From Gammaproteobacteria bacterium (GTDB lineage: Bacteria > Pseudomonadota > Gammaproteobacteria > QNFE01): a DNA stretch of 64,000 nucleotides. The stretch is from the NCBI GenBank assembly GCA_003645455.1, contig QNFE01000005.1, positions 3,840-67,839 on the forward strand. The letters run 5' to 3'. The notes under the pieces are model-generated. The model had not been told where the DNA came from, made no database searches, and saw nothing but the letters and a program-made list of their open reading frames with translations. Of this stretch, positions 36,329 to 46,973 are shown one piece after another. The position numbers were made by a program, and so were the translations under genes. Positions within the stretch are counted from its first letter, which is position 1; every line of letters starts with the position of its first letter.

Positions 36329-38623
36329 ATGAACTTTTTTTTCGGCTTATTGTTTTTAACAGGAATACTGATGGGGCAATTTTTACCCCAGCTTTTGCCG
36401 ACAAATCTATATATTATCCTGCTTATAATAACATTTTGTTTGTTGGTTTATGTATTTAAATTTAAAATCAAACAAAAAAATATAATTTTATTTATTTGTG
36501 TTTATTTGTTGGGATTCTCATACATAGGTATTATGGCACAACATCGCACAAACCTACAACCTAACATTCAAAATAATACAACCAGCAACATAACGGGCTG
36601 CATAGTATCTATAATCACAGAAGATAAAATAAAAAAATCTTTTTTATTAAAAACAGGTAAAATAAATAACAAAAACATCAAAATAAAAATAAAATTATCC
36701 GATTATAGCGATAACCAGTATCAAAGTGGCAAATGTTATAAGTTACAAGCGAAAATTAAAAAACCTCATGGAATGTATAATCCTGGTGGTTTTGATTATG
36801 AGGCATATTTGTTATCCTCTAATATAACCTTAACAGGTTATATAAAAAAACAAATTAAAATAAAAGAGGATAATTTTAATTATTTTCATTTTATACGTGG
36901 CATATTTTTTCAGCAGATTAAAAATAATACCAACAACCTTTTATTCGCAGATGTTTTACAAGCCCTAATCTTAGGCGAGAGAGGACAAATTAGTTCATCT
37001 CATAATAGTATTTTTACCAACACTGGCACATCTCACCTCATTGCAATTTCAGGGTTACACATAGGTTTGGTAGCGGGTTTTGGTATGTTTGTGGGAATTT
37101 TAATTTGGCTTATTCTACCAATTCACCATAAAATTAGCAAACAGGTTTTTTCACTAATCTTTGCTTTGTTGGTTGCCGTAATATATGCAATTATGGCAGG
37201 CTTGTCGTTGCCGACCATTAGAGCAATTTTAATGTTAATCGTTTTTGCATTTAGTATTTTTTTAAAGCGCCACTCATCACCTTGGAATACATTATCAGTA
37301 GCATTGTTGTTGGTTTTATTGATAGATCCATTCGCACCGATGCAAGTGGGTTTTTGGTTATCTTTTATCGCGGTAGCTTTTATTATTTATTTTTACCCTA
37401 AAATATCCTCTTTTAAAAAACACTATCAATTTTTAATATTCACCCCATCCATCTCCATAGCCTTGATATTACCAATTTTATTTTTCTTCGGGCAAGCCTC
37501 GGCAATCTCTCCTTTGGCAAATATAATAGCTGTGCCTATTATTAGTTTTTTGGTTTTGCCTCTGAGCCTTATTGCAGCTTTATTGTCTTTTGTTATGCCT
37601 GTTGTCAGTATTTGCTTATTAAAAATAACAGATTTATTGTTATATTATTTATTTTGGTATTTAGAGAAACTATCAAGCTTTTCTTTTTCTCAGTTATACT
37701 TAGACAACATCACAACATTACAAATAATAATAGCAGGCATAATGTTATTATTAATTTTTAAACAACATTATAAATCATCATTTTTTGCCTTTGCAATCTG
37801 TATAACTTTAATTTTTATAAACTACGACAAATTGCAACAATCCGAATTTGAGGTTACAGTATTAGATGTAGGTCAAGGTTTATCAATAGTTGTAAGAACT
37901 CAAAATAAACTATTAGTCTTTGACACAGGGGAACGTTTTTCAGAAAAATTTAACATAGTGGAGGGAATCTTAATCCCCTATCTTATGCACACACGAACCA
38001 AAAAATTAGATGCTTTAATAGTCTCTCACAGTGATAGCGATCACTCGTCAAACATCAAAGAGTTGCTCTATAAATACAATTCTTACAATCGATGGGCAGG
38101 ACAGATAGATGATGATAAAATAATAAAAATAGGATCATTTAAACAATGCAAAAGGGGAGTTCAGTGGCAATGGGACGGGGTTGACTTTTCTTTTTTGTCA
38201 CCTGAGGATAATAAAATATCAAAAAAAGACAACAACCAATCCTGCGTTTTAAGAATTTCAAATAAAAATAATTCAATTCTTATAAGTTCAGACATAGAAA
38301 AAGAAATAGAAAAACATTTAATACGAAGTGAAAAAAATAAAAGTTTATCGGCAGATATTTTAATTGTGCCTCATCACGGTAGCAAAACATCCTCCACAAC
38401 AAATTTTTTAAAAACTGTAAATCCTCAATATGCCATAGTATCTGCAGGTTATAAAAACAAATTTAAACACCCTGCCAAAACCATTCAACAAAGATATAAA
38501 AAATTAAAAATTCCTCTTTTAAATACCGCCCATCTCGGAGCCATCAGTATAATTTTTAAGAAAAAAATAACCATTAAAACTCATCGTTTTGATTATCCGC
38601 GTTATTGGCACAGTAAAAAATGA
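36329..38623 (+). CDS. comEC: DNA internalization competence protein ComEC/Rec2
   Basis: NPGGFDYEAYL, GTSHLIAISGLHIG, GFWLSF, VLDVGQGLS, SHSDSDH and VPHHGSKTSS (MBL domain). Confidence 0.92.
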   Translation: MNFFFGLLFLTGILMGQFLPQLLPTNLYIILLIITFCLLVYVFKFKIKQKNIILFICVYLLGFSYIGIMAQHRTNLQPNIQNNTTSNITGCIVSIITEDKIKKSFLLKTGKINNKNIKIKIKLSDYSDNQYQSGKCYKLQAKIKKPHGMYNPGGFDYEAYLLSSNITLTGYIKKQIKIKEDNFNYFHFIRGIFFQQIKNNTNNLLFADVLQALILGERGQISSSHNSIFTNTGTSHLIAISGLHIGLVAGFGMFVGILIWLILPIHHKISKQVFSLIFALLVAVIYAIMAGLSLPTIRAILMLIVFAFSIFLKRHSSPWNTLSVALLLVLLIDPFAPMQVGFWLSFIAVAFIIYFYPKISSFKKHYQFLIFTPSISIALILPILFFFGQASAISPLANIIAVPIISFLVLPLSLIAALLSFVMPVVSICLLKITDLLLYYLFWYLEKLSSFSFSQLYLDNITTLQIIIAGIMLLLIFKQHYKSSFFAFAICITLIFINYDKLQQSEFEVTVLDVGQGLSIVVRTQNKLLVFDTGERFSEKFNIVEGILIPYLMHTRTKKLDALIVSHSDSDHSSNIKELLYKYNSYNRWAGQIDDDKIIKIGSFKQCKRGVQWQWDGVDFSFLSPEDNKISKKDNNQSCVLRISNKNNSILISSDIEKEIEKHLIRSEKNKSLSADILIVPHHGSKTSSTTNFLKTVNPQYAIVSAGYKNKFKHPAKTIQQRYKKLKIPLLNTAHLGAISIIFKKKITIKTHRFDYPRYWHSKK

Positions 38624-38663
38624 CCTTATGCCTGTGTTTTTTGCTTGAAAAAGATTTGCTTAA

Positions 38664-39530
38664 TTATAATTGTTGCAAGTATTTCTTTAGATCATCGCAG
38701 GTCTGGGGGTGCCTTATGCCATACTCTATGTTGGCTTTTAAAAAACCAAATTTACTGCCACAGTCATATCTTATACCTTTGAATTTACAGGCCAAAACAT
38801 TTTCATTTTTTATTTGCTCTGCTATAGCATCTGTGAGTTGAATCTCGCCACCTGCACCTTTTTTTGTATTTTGTAAATATTTAAAAATACTGGGGTTTAG
38901 GATATAACGACCGATAACAGCTAAGTTTGAGGGAGCTTTTTCTATTGCTGGCTTTTCTATTATGTTGTCTAATTTTAACAAATCATCGGTAATATTTTTA
39001 CCAGATACTATGCCATAGGAACTGACATCTTTCATCTGCACTTCCTCTGTGGCAATAATTGAGTTTTTATATTTTTGGTATAAGCGGACCATTTGGGCGG
39101 TAGCAGATAAACCGTCATTATAAACTAAATCATCAGCGAGCAAAACGGCAAAAGGCTCGTCTCCTACAATTTTTTCGGCACACAAAACTGCATGCCCCAA
39201 GCCTTTTGCCTCTCTTTGACGAGTATAGATAAAGTTTATTTTATCACCTGCGACATCTTGAACTATTTTTAATAAATCTTTTTTGTTTTTTTGTATCAAT
39301 TCTGATTCCAGCTCCAAACTTAAATCAAAATGATTCTCAATGGCACTTTTGTTGCGACCTGTGACAAATATCATCGTATCAATTCCGGCTGTTGCTGCCT
39401 CCTCGACGGCATACTGAATCAGGGGTTTATCCACGACAGGTAACATCTCTTTGGGTGATGCTTTGGTGGCAGGGAGGAATCTGGTGCCAAGCCCTGCCAC
39501 AGGGAATACGGCTTTTTTTATAATTGACAT
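38664..39530 (-). CDS. galU: UTP--glucose-1-phosphate uridylyltransferase
   Basis: FPVAGLGTRFLPATKASPKEMLP, GLGHAVLCA, RYDCGSK. Confidence 0.96.
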   Translation of the reverse strand: MSIIKKAVFPVAGLGTRFLPATKASPKEMLPVVDKPLIQYAVEEAATAGIDTMIFVTGRNKSAIENHFDLSLELESELIQKNKKDLLKIVQDVAGDKINFIYTRQREAKGLGHAVLCAEKIVGDEPFAVLLADDLVYNDGLSATAQMVRLYQKYKNSIIATEEVQMKDVSSYGIVSGKNITDDLLKLDNIIEKPAIEKAPSNLAVIGRYILNPSIFKYLQNTKKGAGGEIQLTDAIAEQIKNENVLACKFKGIRYDCGSKFGFLKANIEYGIRHPQTCDDLKKYLQQL

Positions 39531-40300
39531 TTTTTAAACTCTAAAATCATTTTGTGAAAAATATAAGGATTGCCAGCTAAGATATTACCAGTTTTCAGAT
39601 AAGTTTTACCGCCTTTTAAGTCTCCTACCATCCCGCCTGCCTCTTTAATCAACAAGACTCCTGCTGCTATATCCCAGATATGTAACCCCATTTCATAAAA
39701 ACCATCAAACCTACCACAGGAGACCCAGGCTAAATCCAAAGCGGCAGAACCAGGGCGACGAATCCCTGCGGTTTTTGCCATAAAATTTTTTAAACTTGGT
39801 AGATAGGCATCAATATTTTGATCACTACGATAAGGAAAACCTGTGCCAATTAAAGCTTTATCCAGTTCGTTATTTTTGCTAACTCTGATTCTTTTGTTGT
39901 TTAAATATGCACCATCTCCTGCCGAGGCATAAAATAATTCCTCCGATACTGGGTTATAGATCACAGAATGTTGTAAAATATCTTTTTTCATAACAGCAAT
40001 TGAGACGGCATATTGAGGAATATTATGTAAAAAGTTGGTTGTTCCATCTAATGGATCTATTATCCATTGGTATTCATCGCCTTCAATAATGCCAGATTCT
40101 TCGGCGATAATGCCATGTGATGGATAGGCCTTTTGAATATGTTGGATAATAATTTGTTCGGCATTTATATCCACTTCGCTGACAAAATCGTGTTTTTGTT
40201 TATTGATAACTGTTAGGGTATCTATTCTGTTGCCAGCACGGGCAATATAAATCCCTGCTTCGCGGGCGGCCGATATAGCAATATTTAAAATTGGATGCAT
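39518..40300 (-). CDS. suhB: Inositol monophosphatase family protein SuhB
   Basis: DFVSEVD, WIIDPLDGTTNF, GSAALDL, WDIAAG; divergent from trmJ; start moved to MHPIL. Confidence 0.93.
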   Translation of the reverse strand: MHPILNIAISAAREAGIYIARAGNRIDTLTVINKQKHDFVSEVDINAEQIIIQHIQKAYPSHGIIAEESGIIEGDEYQWIIDPLDGTTNFLHNIPQYAVSIAVMKKDILQHSVIYNPVSEELFYASAGDGAYLNNKRIRVSKNNELDKALIGTGFPYRSDQNIDAYLPSLKNFMAKTAGIRRPGSAALDLAWVSCGRFDGFYEMGLHIWDIAAGVLLIKEAGGMVGDLKGGKTYLKTGNILAGNPYIFHKMILEFKKCQL

Positions 40301-40352
40301 TGTGTATGTTTTAAAAAATAATGGCAAATTCTAACATAAAAAAAATTATAAT

Positions 40353-41069
40353 ATGGATAATTTAAATTCTATAAGTCTGGTTTTATTAAATACCTCTCAT
40401 CCTGGAAATATAGGGGCTGCGGCTCGGAGCATGAAAACTATGGCAATTGAAAATCTTATATTGGTTCAACCTAATAAACCACTATCACCTATTGCCATAG
40501 CTCGTAGCTCAGGTGCCAAAAGAATTTTAGAAAATGCTAAAATCTATGATAATATAAATGATGCTCTAACGGATAAAAAATATATCTTTGGCACCACGGC
40601 TCGCAACCGTTATTTTAATCAAAAAATTTTAAGCCCCCAAGATTCTGGTAAAAAAATTATAAAATACTCTATGCAAGATTTATCTTCCGCTATAATTTTT
40701 GGCAACGAGAGAACTGGACTTAGCAATGAGGATGTGCAAAAGTGTCACTATTTAATCAAGATACCTACTACGGATAATTTTTCATCTTTAAATCTTGCCT
40801 CAGCGGTGCAAATTATCTCTTATGAAATTTATAAACAATATCTAAAAACACAAAAAAATAATAGAAAAATAGACAAAAAAATAATAGAAATAGCAGATTA
40901 TAGTAAATTAACAAAAATGATAGAACACCTCCAAAACACTTTAAAATCACTTAATTTTTATAGTCCACAAATAACCCAAAAATTACAAAGATATTTTCTG
41001 CAAAACCCACCAACAGATGAGATAATAAATATTTTCCGAGGAATTTTTAAAAAAATTGAAAACAAATAA
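40353..41069 (+). CDS. trmJ: tRNA (C32/U32) 2'-O-methyltransferase TrmJ family
   Basis: SHPGNIGAAARSMK, GTTAR, FGNERTGLSNE, SSLNLASAVQI. Confidence 0.9.
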   Translation: MDNLNSISLVLLNTSHPGNIGAAARSMKTMAIENLILVQPNKPLSPIAIARSSGAKRILENAKIYDNINDALTDKKYIFGTTARNRYFNQKILSPQDSGKKIIKYSMQDLSSAIIFGNERTGLSNEDVQKCHYLIKIPTTDNFSSLNLASAVQIISYEIYKQYLKTQKNNRKIDKKIIEIADYSKLTKMIEHLQNTLKSLNFYSPQITQKLQRYFLQNPPTDEIINIFRGIFKKIENK

Positions 41070-41118
41070 GAGTGTTCGTGTTAAAATTATCGTTTTTTTG
41101 CGGAAATAAAAACTAAAA

Positions 41119-41775
41119 ATGTTTAAATATATTTATGAAAGAGATCCGTCTGCTCGTAATTTTTTAGAAATAATTTTTACCTATCCTGGTTTGCATGCTC
41201 TGTGGATTTATCGGGTATCTCATTTTTTTTGGATAATAAAAATAAAAACAATAGCTAAAATTATCTCAAACATAGGCAGGTTATTAACTGGCATAGAAAT
41301 TCACCCAGGGGCTGTTATTGGCAAAAGATTTTTTATAGATCACGGTATGGGAGTTGTAATCGGTGAGACGGCTATAATCGGCGATGATGTCACAATTTAT
41401 CACGGAGTAACCTTAGGAGGCACATCTTGGAACAAGGGCAAAAGACACCCTACTTTGGAAGATAATGTAGTAATCGGCGCAGGCGCTAAGATCTTAGGCC
41501 CCATCACTCTTGGCAAAAAATCACGAGTAGGATCTAATTCGGTTGTTGTCCGAGATGTCCCAGAATATGCCACATGTGTTGGTATTCCAGGACGAATAGT
41601 GAATAAAAAAGATCTGAAAACAAAACGTCAAAAAACTGCTAAAAAATTAGGATTTGATGCCTATGGTGCAACATCAGATATGCCAGATCCACAAGCAATA
41701 GCTATCAATGCTATATTGGATCACATTCATATTATGGATGAAAAAATGAGCGATATTTTATGCAAAAAGAATTAA
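41119..41775 (+). CDS. cysE: Serine O-acetyltransferase
   Basis: [41 protein letters not shown]. Confidence 0.95.
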   Translation: MFKYIYERDPSARNFLEIIFTYPGLHALWIYRVSHFFWIIKIKTIAKIISNIGRLLTGIEIHPGAVIGKRFFIDHGMGVVIGETAIIGDDVTIYHGVTLGGTSWNKGKRHPTLEDNVVIGAGAKILGPITLGKKSRVGSNSVVVRDVPEYATCVGIPGRIVNKKDLKTKRQKTAKKLGFDAYGATSDMPDPQAIAINAILDHIHIMDEKMSDILCKKN

Positions 41776-42431
41776 AAATAATCACCATTGATGGGCCAGG
41801 AGGAGCAGGCAAAGGAACAATAGCTGCCATGCTGTCTCAAAAATATGGTTTATTTTTGTTAGATAGTGGAGCTTTATATAGAATCTTAGCCCTGCATGTT
41901 ATGCAATTGGGACACAATATAACAGATGAAAAACAAGTTTATCATGATGCAAAAAATATAAAAATATCATTTAAACAAGAAAATTCAAAAGTTATAAGTT
42001 ATCTAAATGGAGTTGATGTAAGCATAAAAATTCGCAACGAAGATTGTGCCAAAAATGCCTCAATTATCGCAGGTTATAAAACTATACGCGAAATTTTGTT
42101 GCAAAAACAGCGAGATTTTGCATCCCCACCTGGGGTTGTAGCGGATGGACGAGATATGGGATCAGTTGTATTCTCACAGGCTAAATATAAGATATTTATC
42201 ACAGCTACCATTATGGTTCGAGCCAAAAGAAGACAAAAACAATTGCAAAACCAAGGAGAGAATGTTAATATAGTCAGTTTATGTAAACAAATAGAAGAAA
42301 GAGATTATAGAGATAAGAATCGTGCTGTGTCTCCTTTGAAACCTGCAACAGATGCTTTTATTATTGATACCTCTGCAATGACCATTAAAGAGGTCTTTAA
42401 AAAAGCCCAGAATTTTATTGAAGCCAAATGA
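41760..42431 (+). CDS. cmk: Cytidylate kinase
   Basis: [34 protein letters not shown]; precedes rpsA. Confidence 0.95.
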   Translation: MQKELKIITIDGPGGAGKGTIAAMLSQKYGLFLLDSGALYRILALHVMQLGHNITDEKQVYHDAKNIKISFKQENSKVISYLNGVDVSIKIRNEDCAKNASIIAGYKTIREILLQKQRDFASPPGVVADGRDMGSVVFSQAKYKIFITATIMVRAKRRQKQLQNQGENVNIVSLCKQIEERDYRDKNRAVSPLKPATDAFIIDTSAMTIKEVFKKAQNFIEAK

Positions 42432-42503
42432 ATTGGTTTTTTGTTTTTTTTAAATTTTTATAAAAAAAGATTTTTTATAAAAATATTTTTTTATAAATTT
42501 ATT

Positions 42504-44171
42504 ATGCCTGAATCATTCGCGCAACTTTTTGAAGAAAGCTTGCAAACCAACAAAGTTAAACAAGGGGAAATCATCCCAGCCACTATAATCAAAGTTAGTT
42601 CTAACCATATTACGGTAGATGCTGGATTAAAATCTGAGAGTGTTATTCCTGCTGAACAATTTACCGACCGTAAAGGACAAATTGACATCAAGGAAGGTGA
42701 TAACACAGAAGTCGTTTTAGAATACTTTGAAGATGGCACAGGTGAGACACTACTTTCAAGAGAAAAAGCTAAAAAAATTCGTAGTTGGGAATTTTTAGAA
42801 ACTGCATTAGAGAGCAAAGAAATAATTCACGGACAAATAACAGGTAAAGTGAAGGGTGGTTTTACGGTTGATACTCTCGATATTCATGCATTTTTACCAG
42901 GATCGCTGGTTGATAGACATCCCGTAAAAGACATTGCATTTTTAGAAAAACGAGAACTTGACTTTATCGTAATTAAGTTAGATCATCAACGCAATAATGT
43001 TGTGGTCTCTCGTAAAGCAGTATTAGAGAAAGAAAATTCAGCCGAGAGAGAAGCTCTGATGGAGACCTTGGAGAAAGGAAAGACCGTCAAAGGAATAGTA
43101 AAAAATCTTACCGAGTATGGTGCATTTTTAGATCTCGGCGGTATCGACGGACTACTGTATATTACAGATATGGCATGGAGACGAGTGCGTCACCCATCAG
43201 AGGTGGTTGAGGTAGGACAAGAGTTAGAGGTTATGGTATTAAATTTTGATATCGATAAAAATAGGATTTCATTAGGCTTAAAACAGATGCACGAAGATCC
43301 GTGGTCAAACCTACAAGAAAAATATCCAGTTGGATCAAAAATTGCAGGAAAGGTTACTAATGTTACCGATTACGGTTGTTTTGTTGAAATTGAGCCTGGA
43401 ATTGAAGGCTTGGTGCATGTATCTGAGATGGACTGGACTAATAAAAATGTAAGCCCTGCAAAATTTATCAAATTAGGATCCGATGCTGAGGTTATGATCT
43501 TGGATATAGAACCTAATAGTCGTCGAATATCCCTTGGCATCAAGCAATGCTCTGAAAACCCTTGGAATGAATTTGCCATGAAATATAAGAAAAATGATAT
43601 CATCAAAGGCCCGATTAAATCCATCACAGATTTTGGTTTATTTGTAGGATTAGAGGGTAAAATTGACGGACTTGTGCATTTATCTGACTTATCTTGGAAC
43701 GAATCAGGTGATGTTGCCATCAAAAAATACAAAAGAGATAATGAGGTTGAGGTGCGAATTTTATCAATTAGCCCAGAAAGTGAGCGCATATCATTGGGAA
43801 TTAAACAATTAGACAACGATCCATTATCTTTATTTATCACCAAAAACCCTAAGGGTTCTATAGTCCATGGCACGGTCAAAGAAGTAGCAACACGTTATGC
43901 TGTTATCGAGTTAGCAGAGGATGTTTTAGGAAAAGTTAAAGCATTAGATATCTCATCTGAAAAAATAGAAGATGTTACAAAAGTCTTAAAAATAGGAGAT
44001 AAAATAGAAGCTAAATTCATTGCCTTTGACCGCAAAAATCGCTCTATTTCTTTGTCAATAAAAGCAAAAAATGAGCAGGAAGAAAAACAAGCTATTGCTG
44101 ATTATGCCTCAATGGACAAAGAAGATGCTACCACATCATTGGGTGATATCCTAAAAGATCAGATGAAATAG
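42504..44171 (+). CDS. rpsA: 30S ribosomal protein S1
   Basis: MPESFAQLFEES start and six S1 repeats (YGAFLDLGG, YGCFVE, FGLFVGL). Confidence 0.97.
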   Translation: MPESFAQLFEESLQTNKVKQGEIIPATIIKVSSNHITVDAGLKSESVIPAEQFTDRKGQIDIKEGDNTEVVLEYFEDGTGETLLSREKAKKIRSWEFLETALESKEIIHGQITGKVKGGFTVDTLDIHAFLPGSLVDRHPVKDIAFLEKRELDFIVIKLDHQRNNVVVSRKAVLEKENSAEREALMETLEKGKTVKGIVKNLTEYGAFLDLGGIDGLLYITDMAWRRVRHPSEVVEVGQELEVMVLNFDIDKNRISLGLKQMHEDPWSNLQEKYPVGSKIAGKVTNVTDYGCFVEIEPGIEGLVHVSEMDWTNKNVSPAKFIKLGSDAEVMILDIEPNSRRISLGIKQCSENPWNEFAMKYKKNDIIKGPIKSITDFGLFVGLEGKIDGLVHLSDLSWNESGDVAIKKYKRDNEVEVRILSISPESERISLGIKQLDNDPLSLFITKNPKGSIVHGTVKEVATRYAVIELAEDVLGKVKALDISSEKIEDVTKVLKIGDKIEAKFIAFDRKNRSISLSIKAKNEQEEKQAIADYASMDKEDATTSLGDILKDQMK

Positions 44172-44181
44172 CAAGAACACT

Positions 44182-45280
44182 ATGAAAGAATCTAATCAGA
44201 TAAAAAATCAATTATTAAACATAAAAGAGCAAACCGCCAAACTTCGGCGGTTGCTTTGACTATGATGGCAAAAAAAACCAGTTAGAAGAGGTATGTTTAG
44301 AATTAGAGTTGCCCAACCTATACAAAAACCCTAAAAAAGCACAATCTCTCAACAAACAACATAGTTACCTATTAAAAATCACCAACAATATTGACAAATT
44401 AAAAGAAGATTCGGACAATAACTTAGAATTATTAAAAATGGCAGTAGATGATAATGATGATATGGCGATTAAAACATTATCAGACGACACCAATAATTTA
44501 AAAAAAATTATTGATGATTTGGAATTCAATAGAATGTTTTGCCACCCTAATGATGAATGCCATGCTTTTTTAGATATTCAAGCAGGATCGGGGGGCACAG
44601 AGGCATGCGACTGGGCTCAAATGTTGTTAAGAATGTATCTAAGATGGGGCGAGAGCCATAAATTTAAAACAGAAGTATTAGAGGCACAGTCAGGAGATGT
44701 CGCGGGGTTAAAAAGTGCGACCATCCACCTCAAAGGGGATTATGCTTTTGGTTGGTTGAGAACAGAAACCGGAGTACACAGATTAGTGCGAAAATCACCA
44801 TTTGATTCTGGCAACCGTCGCCATACCTCTTTTGCATCCGTGTTTGTTTCACCTGAAATATCAGATGATATAGAAATTGACATCAACCCTGCTGATTTAA
44901 GAATAGATGTATATCGTGCATCAGGTGCAGGAGGACAACACATCAACAAAACAGAAAGTGCGGTGCGAATAACCCACAAACCCACAGAGACAGTGGTTCA
45001 GTGCCAAAACGATAGGTCACAGCATAAAAATAAAGCGGCGGCCATGAAACAGTTAAAAGCAAAATTATACGAATTAGAAAAACAAAGACAAAACCAAGAG
45101 ATCCAAAAAACAGAAGATAGTAAATCTGATATAGGATGGGGATCACAGATTAGATCCTATGTTTTGGATCAATCTCGGATAAAAGATTTGAGAACAAAAG
45201 AAGAGAATACCAACACAGGAGCAGTTTTAGATGGCGATTTGGATTCATTTTTAATCGCTAGTTTAAAAATGCAAGTTTAA
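44182..45280 (+). CDS. prfB: Peptide chain release factor 2, with programmed +1 frameshift
   Basis: ATG at 44182 reads in frame to CTT TGA C (44254-44260); the +1 frame continues [12 protein letters not shown] into the tracked ORF with GGTEA, SPF and GGQ motifs. Confidence 0.95.
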
Positions 45281-45289
45281 TATCTATTA

Positions 45290-45385
45290 GAGACCTTTGT
45301 ATAACTCAAGCACAATTTATAACAACAATAAAATGCACCTATTTTCTTATTATCCTAAATCGCACTTGAGTTATACAAAGGTCTC
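45290..45385. mobile_element. 96 bp MITE-like element with GAGACCTTTG termini, between prfB and lysS
   Basis: Perfect 21 bp terminal inverted repeat gagacctttgtataactcaag, extendable to 26 bp with the flanks tatta/taata. The interior cacaatttataa...aaaatgcacct is shared with the 13428 copy. Confidence 0.8.
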
Positions 45386-45417
45386 TAATAATTTTTAGAA
45401 AAATAACGGAAAATAAA

Positions 45418-46899
45418 ATGGCAGAAGAAAATAAACTAGTCTCTATAAGACGAGAAAAATTAAACATTTTACGCCAACAAGGTGTGGCATATAACAATAA
45501 CTTCAAACCCCTAAATGAAGTTGCCCTATTGCACGAACTATATGACAATAAAACCAAAGAAGAACTCTCAATTTTAGCTGCCAAAATATCCGTTGCGGGA
45601 CGAATTATTGCTACAAGAATGATGGGGAAAGCAAGTTTTATTTCTTTGTTGGATGATGACACGGAGATTCAAATTTATATCCAAAAAGACAACATAGGAG
45701 AGAATAACTATATCAATTTTAAAACAGACGACATAGGAGACATTGTAGGAGTCGTTGGCGAAATTTTTAAAACTAATAAAAATGAGCTCTCAATCCGAGC
45801 AGAATCCTATCAGTTGCTAAGCAAATCTTTGCATCCATTACCAGAGAAATTTCACGGATTAACAGACACAGAACAAAAATACCGCCAAAGATATGTCGAT
45901 TTAATCATCAATGAAAAAACTCGCCAAACTTTCAAAAATAGAGTTAAAATCATCAACGGCATTCGTAATTATTTTAACAACTTAGATTTTATGGAAGTTG
46001 AAACTCCGATGATGCATACTCAACCAGGAGGGGCTACGGCTTGTGCTTTTGAAACCCATCACAATGCGATGAATATGCCTCTATACCTGAGAATCGCTCC
46101 GGAATTATTTTTAAAAAGACTTATAATTGGTGGATTTAATCGTGTATATGAGATAAATCGTAGTTTTCGCAATGAAGGGGTATCAAAAAAACACAATCCA
46201 GAATTTACAATGATAGAGTTTTATCAAGCCTATGCCACCTATGAAGATTTAATAACTCTAACCGAAGATCTTTTAAAAAATCTTTGTCAATTAGTTCACA
46301 ATAAACTACAATTTATAAACAATAATATTAAATATGATTTTTCTAAAAAATTTGCAAGAAAAACATTAAAACAAATAATCAAAGAATATAATCCAAAACT
46401 TGAAAATATTAATAACTTTGATAATGTTTTATCCTATGTCAAATCAATCGGCATAAGACCTGAAAAAAACTGGGGATTAGGAAAGTTACAATTTGAAATT
46501 TTTGAAAAAACAGTAGAGGATAATTTAATTCAACCCATATTCATCACAGAATATCCTACCGAAGTATCACCCTTAGCCCGAAAAAATGACAAAAATCCAG
46601 ACATAACTGACAGATTTGAATTTTTTGCAGGAGGAGTTGAGATTGCTAATGGTTTTTCAGAATTAAACGACCCAGAAGATCAGGCAAGAAGGTTTATGGC
46701 GCAGGTTGCCAACAAAAAAGCAGGAGATGATGAGGCTATGAGTTATGATAAGGACTACATCACAGCTTTGGAATATGGAATGCCCCCCACCGCAGGAGAG
46801 GGAATAGGAATTGATAGATTAGTTATGTTATTAACCGATCAACAAACCATAAAAGATGTAATTCTATTCCCTCATATGAAAAACCAAAACTCAATATGA
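45418..46899 (+). CDS. lysS: Lysine--tRNA ligase
   Basis: MGKASF, YRQRYVDL, FMEVETP, YLRIAPEL, FRNEG, HNPEFT, GIGIDRL. Confidence 0.97.
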   Translation: MAEENKLVSIRREKLNILRQQGVAYNNNFKPLNEVALLHELYDNKTKEELSILAAKISVAGRIIATRMMGKASFISLLDDDTEIQIYIQKDNIGENNYINFKTDDIGDIVGVVGEIFKTNKNELSIRAESYQLLSKSLHPLPEKFHGLTDTEQKYRQRYVDLIINEKTRQTFKNRVKIINGIRNYFNNLDFMEVETPMMHTQPGGATACAFETHHNAMNMPLYLRIAPELFLKRLIIGGFNRVYEINRSFRNEGVSKKHNPEFTMIEFYQAYATYEDLITLTEDLLKNLCQLVHNKLQFINNNIKYDFSKKFARKTLKQIIKEYNPKLENINNFDNVLSYVKSIGIRPEKNWGLGKLQFEIFEKTVEDNLIQPIFITEYPTEVSPLARKNDKNPDITDRFEFFAGGVEIANGFSELNDPEDQARRFMAQVANKKAGDDEAMSYDKDYITALEYGMPPTAGEGIGIDRLVMLLTDQQTIKDVILFPHMKNQNSI

Positions 46900-46915
46900 G
46901 ACCTTTGATAATAAA
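46898..46915. repeat. Isolated terminus of the GAGACCTTTG element overlapping the lysS stop
   Basis: t|gagacctttgataat: the TGA stop of lysS is formed with the first two bases of the element end. Confidence 0.55.
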
Positions 46916-46937
46916 ACTCTACATTTTTATAAAAACA

Positions 46938-46946
46938 TGCTATAAT
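46938..46946 (+). promoter_or_regulatory. Extended -10 promoter candidate for rsxA-nifJ
   Basis: TGcTATAAT ends 27 bp upstream of the rsxA ATG. Confidence 0.4.
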
Positions 46947-46973
46947 TGATATTTTTTGTAAATATCGCTGCAA

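Noticed and set aside
44309-45280. Track start of prfB at 44309
   Set aside because: The true gene starts at 44182 and enters this frame by the CTT-TGA-C +1 frameshift; it is neither a short gene nor a pseudogene.
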